Virus record (IMG/VR): IMGVR_UViG_2585427768_000003 | Location: 1-26,251 of that record | Length of the DNA stretch: 26,251 nucleotides | Reading direction: 5' to 3' (one strand) | Source of the DNA: a virus | Lineage: Duplodnaviria; Heunggongvirae; Uroviricota; Caudoviricetes | Shown here: positions 25,669 to 26,251 of the stretch, in pieces | Layout: every line of letters begins with the position of its first letter | Position numbering within the stretch: position 1 is the stretch's first letter | Program-made: the position numbers and the translations under genes | The notes under the pieces: model-generated | Told to the model about the DNA's origin: nothing | The model's input: only the letters and a program-made list of their open reading frames with translations | Database searches by the model: none

Positions 25669-25716
25669 ATTCGTAATGCGAAGGTCGTAGGTTCGACTCC
25701 TATTATCGGCACCATT
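25669..25716. repeat. attR: partial copy of thrW 3' end (anticodon loop to acceptor 3' end)
   Basis: 48 bp identical to 1399..1446; lacks the tRNA 5' half, so not a functional tRNA. Confidence 0.85.
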
Positions 25717-25840
25717 AAAATCAAAGAGTTACCCCATATTTAAATACACCACGTTTCCTCCTGTGCCGTATTTGTGCCATTGTAACCTTGGCAATTCATC
25801 AAAATACTGTTCTGACATCAGGCAGTGCAGGTGCAGACAT

Positions 25841-26251
25841 TTAAGCCAATTGCTGCCGCCATTCTTTGACGTAGTCAATCAGGGCGCGGAGCTTTGGTGC
25901 AATATTGCGACGCTGTGGGAAATACAGATAGAAGCCCGGAAATTGTGGAAGAAAGTCATCAAGCAGCGATACAAGCTTACCGCTTTCAATATATGGCCTG
26001 AAAGTTTCCTGAGTGGCAATTGTTATTCCTCCGCCGGCAAGAGCCAGCCTCAACATCAGACGCAGATCATTAGTCGTAATCTGCGGTTCAATCGCAAGGT
26101 CGAAAGTTCTCCCGTTTTCTTCAAATGGCCAGCGATAAGGCGCACCCTCCGGGGACTGACGCCAGCCGATACACTTATGGGTATTTCCCCCGGAGGCGAG
26201 AAAGCGCTCTCCACGCCCGGCCGCAAGGATCAGGACGACGGGGGCAGGCAT
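25841..26251 (-). CDS. LysR-family transcriptional regulator, C-terminal part only (gene continues beyond window end)
   Basis: C-terminus ...KLVSLLDDFLPQFPGFYLYFPQRRNIAPKLRALIDYV typical of LysR substrate-binding domains; the Met at 26251 is a window-edge artefact. Confidence 0.6.
   Translation of the reverse strand: MPAPVVLILAAGRGERFLASGGNTHKCIGWRQSPEGAPYRWPFEENGRTFDLAIEPQITTNDLRLMLRLALAGGGITIATQETFRPYIESGKLVSLLDDFLPQFPGFYLYFPQRRNIAPKLRALIDYVKEWRQQLA

Larger units (their letters stand above)
1399..25716. mobile_element. thrW-integrated mosaic prophage-like element (P22/CPS-53-like early region plus Mu-like tail module), apparently lacking head, packaging and lysis genes
   Basis: bounded by the 48-bp tRNA-derived direct repeat; integrase next to attL; phage regulatory, replication and tail genes in between. 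Confidence 0.85.

Noticed and set aside
25669-25716. Second tRNA gene near the right end
   Set aside because: Only the 3' 48 nt of thrW is duplicated, with no 5' acceptor or D-arm; it is the attR remnant.
26249-26251. Apparent Met start of the last minus-strand ORF
   Set aside because: The codon coincides with the window edge; the sequence is the C-terminal domain of a LysR-type regulator whose start lies beyond the window.
1-26251. Insertion sequences or transposases
   Set aside because: No ORF shows DDE transposase or other IS hallmarks and no terminal inverted repeats flanking a transposase-sized ORF; the only mobility gene is the tyrosine integrase.

Overview
The window is an E. coli-type chromosomal locus: a complete proA (1..1254) and tRNA-Thr(CGU) thrW (1369..1444), then a ~24.3-kb integrated prophage-like element bounded by a 48-bp direct repeat of the thrW 3' end (attL 1399..1446, attR 25669..25716), then the 3' end of a LysR-type regulator gene running off the window. 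The element is mosaic. On the minus strand it carries a P22-like tyrosine integrase and excisionase and an early-left operon resembling the CPS-53 yfdP-yfdT module, including an HD-domain hydrolase. An immunity region follows (CI-like S24 repressor, Cro-like, CII-like), then replication genes with an internal iteron array and an orphan N6-adenine methyltransferase. The plus strand then carries a complete Mu-like contractile tail module (sheath, tube, chaperone with a -1 frameshift site, tape measure, DNA-circularisation protein, baseplate hub/V/W/J/I, tail fiber). It ends in an AT-rich block with the tail fiber C-terminal domain, a small gene and a family-3 membrane acyltransferase (O-antigen acetylase-like). 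I found no terminase, portal, capsid or lysis genes, so this is either a deleted cryptic prophage or a tail-only element. The baseplate J-like gene is frameshifted. The best candidates for undescribed functions are an AT-rich moron with its own promoter and terminator inserted in the tail operon (15775..16305, membrane-anchored protein), a two-gene cargo unit next to attR (24460..25296), and a structured GC-rich noncoding region with an 18-bp perfect inverted repeat (5472..5560). All calls are from reading the sequence and family-level recall; no searches were run. Several starts differ from the ORF track where it used GTG or upstream extensions.
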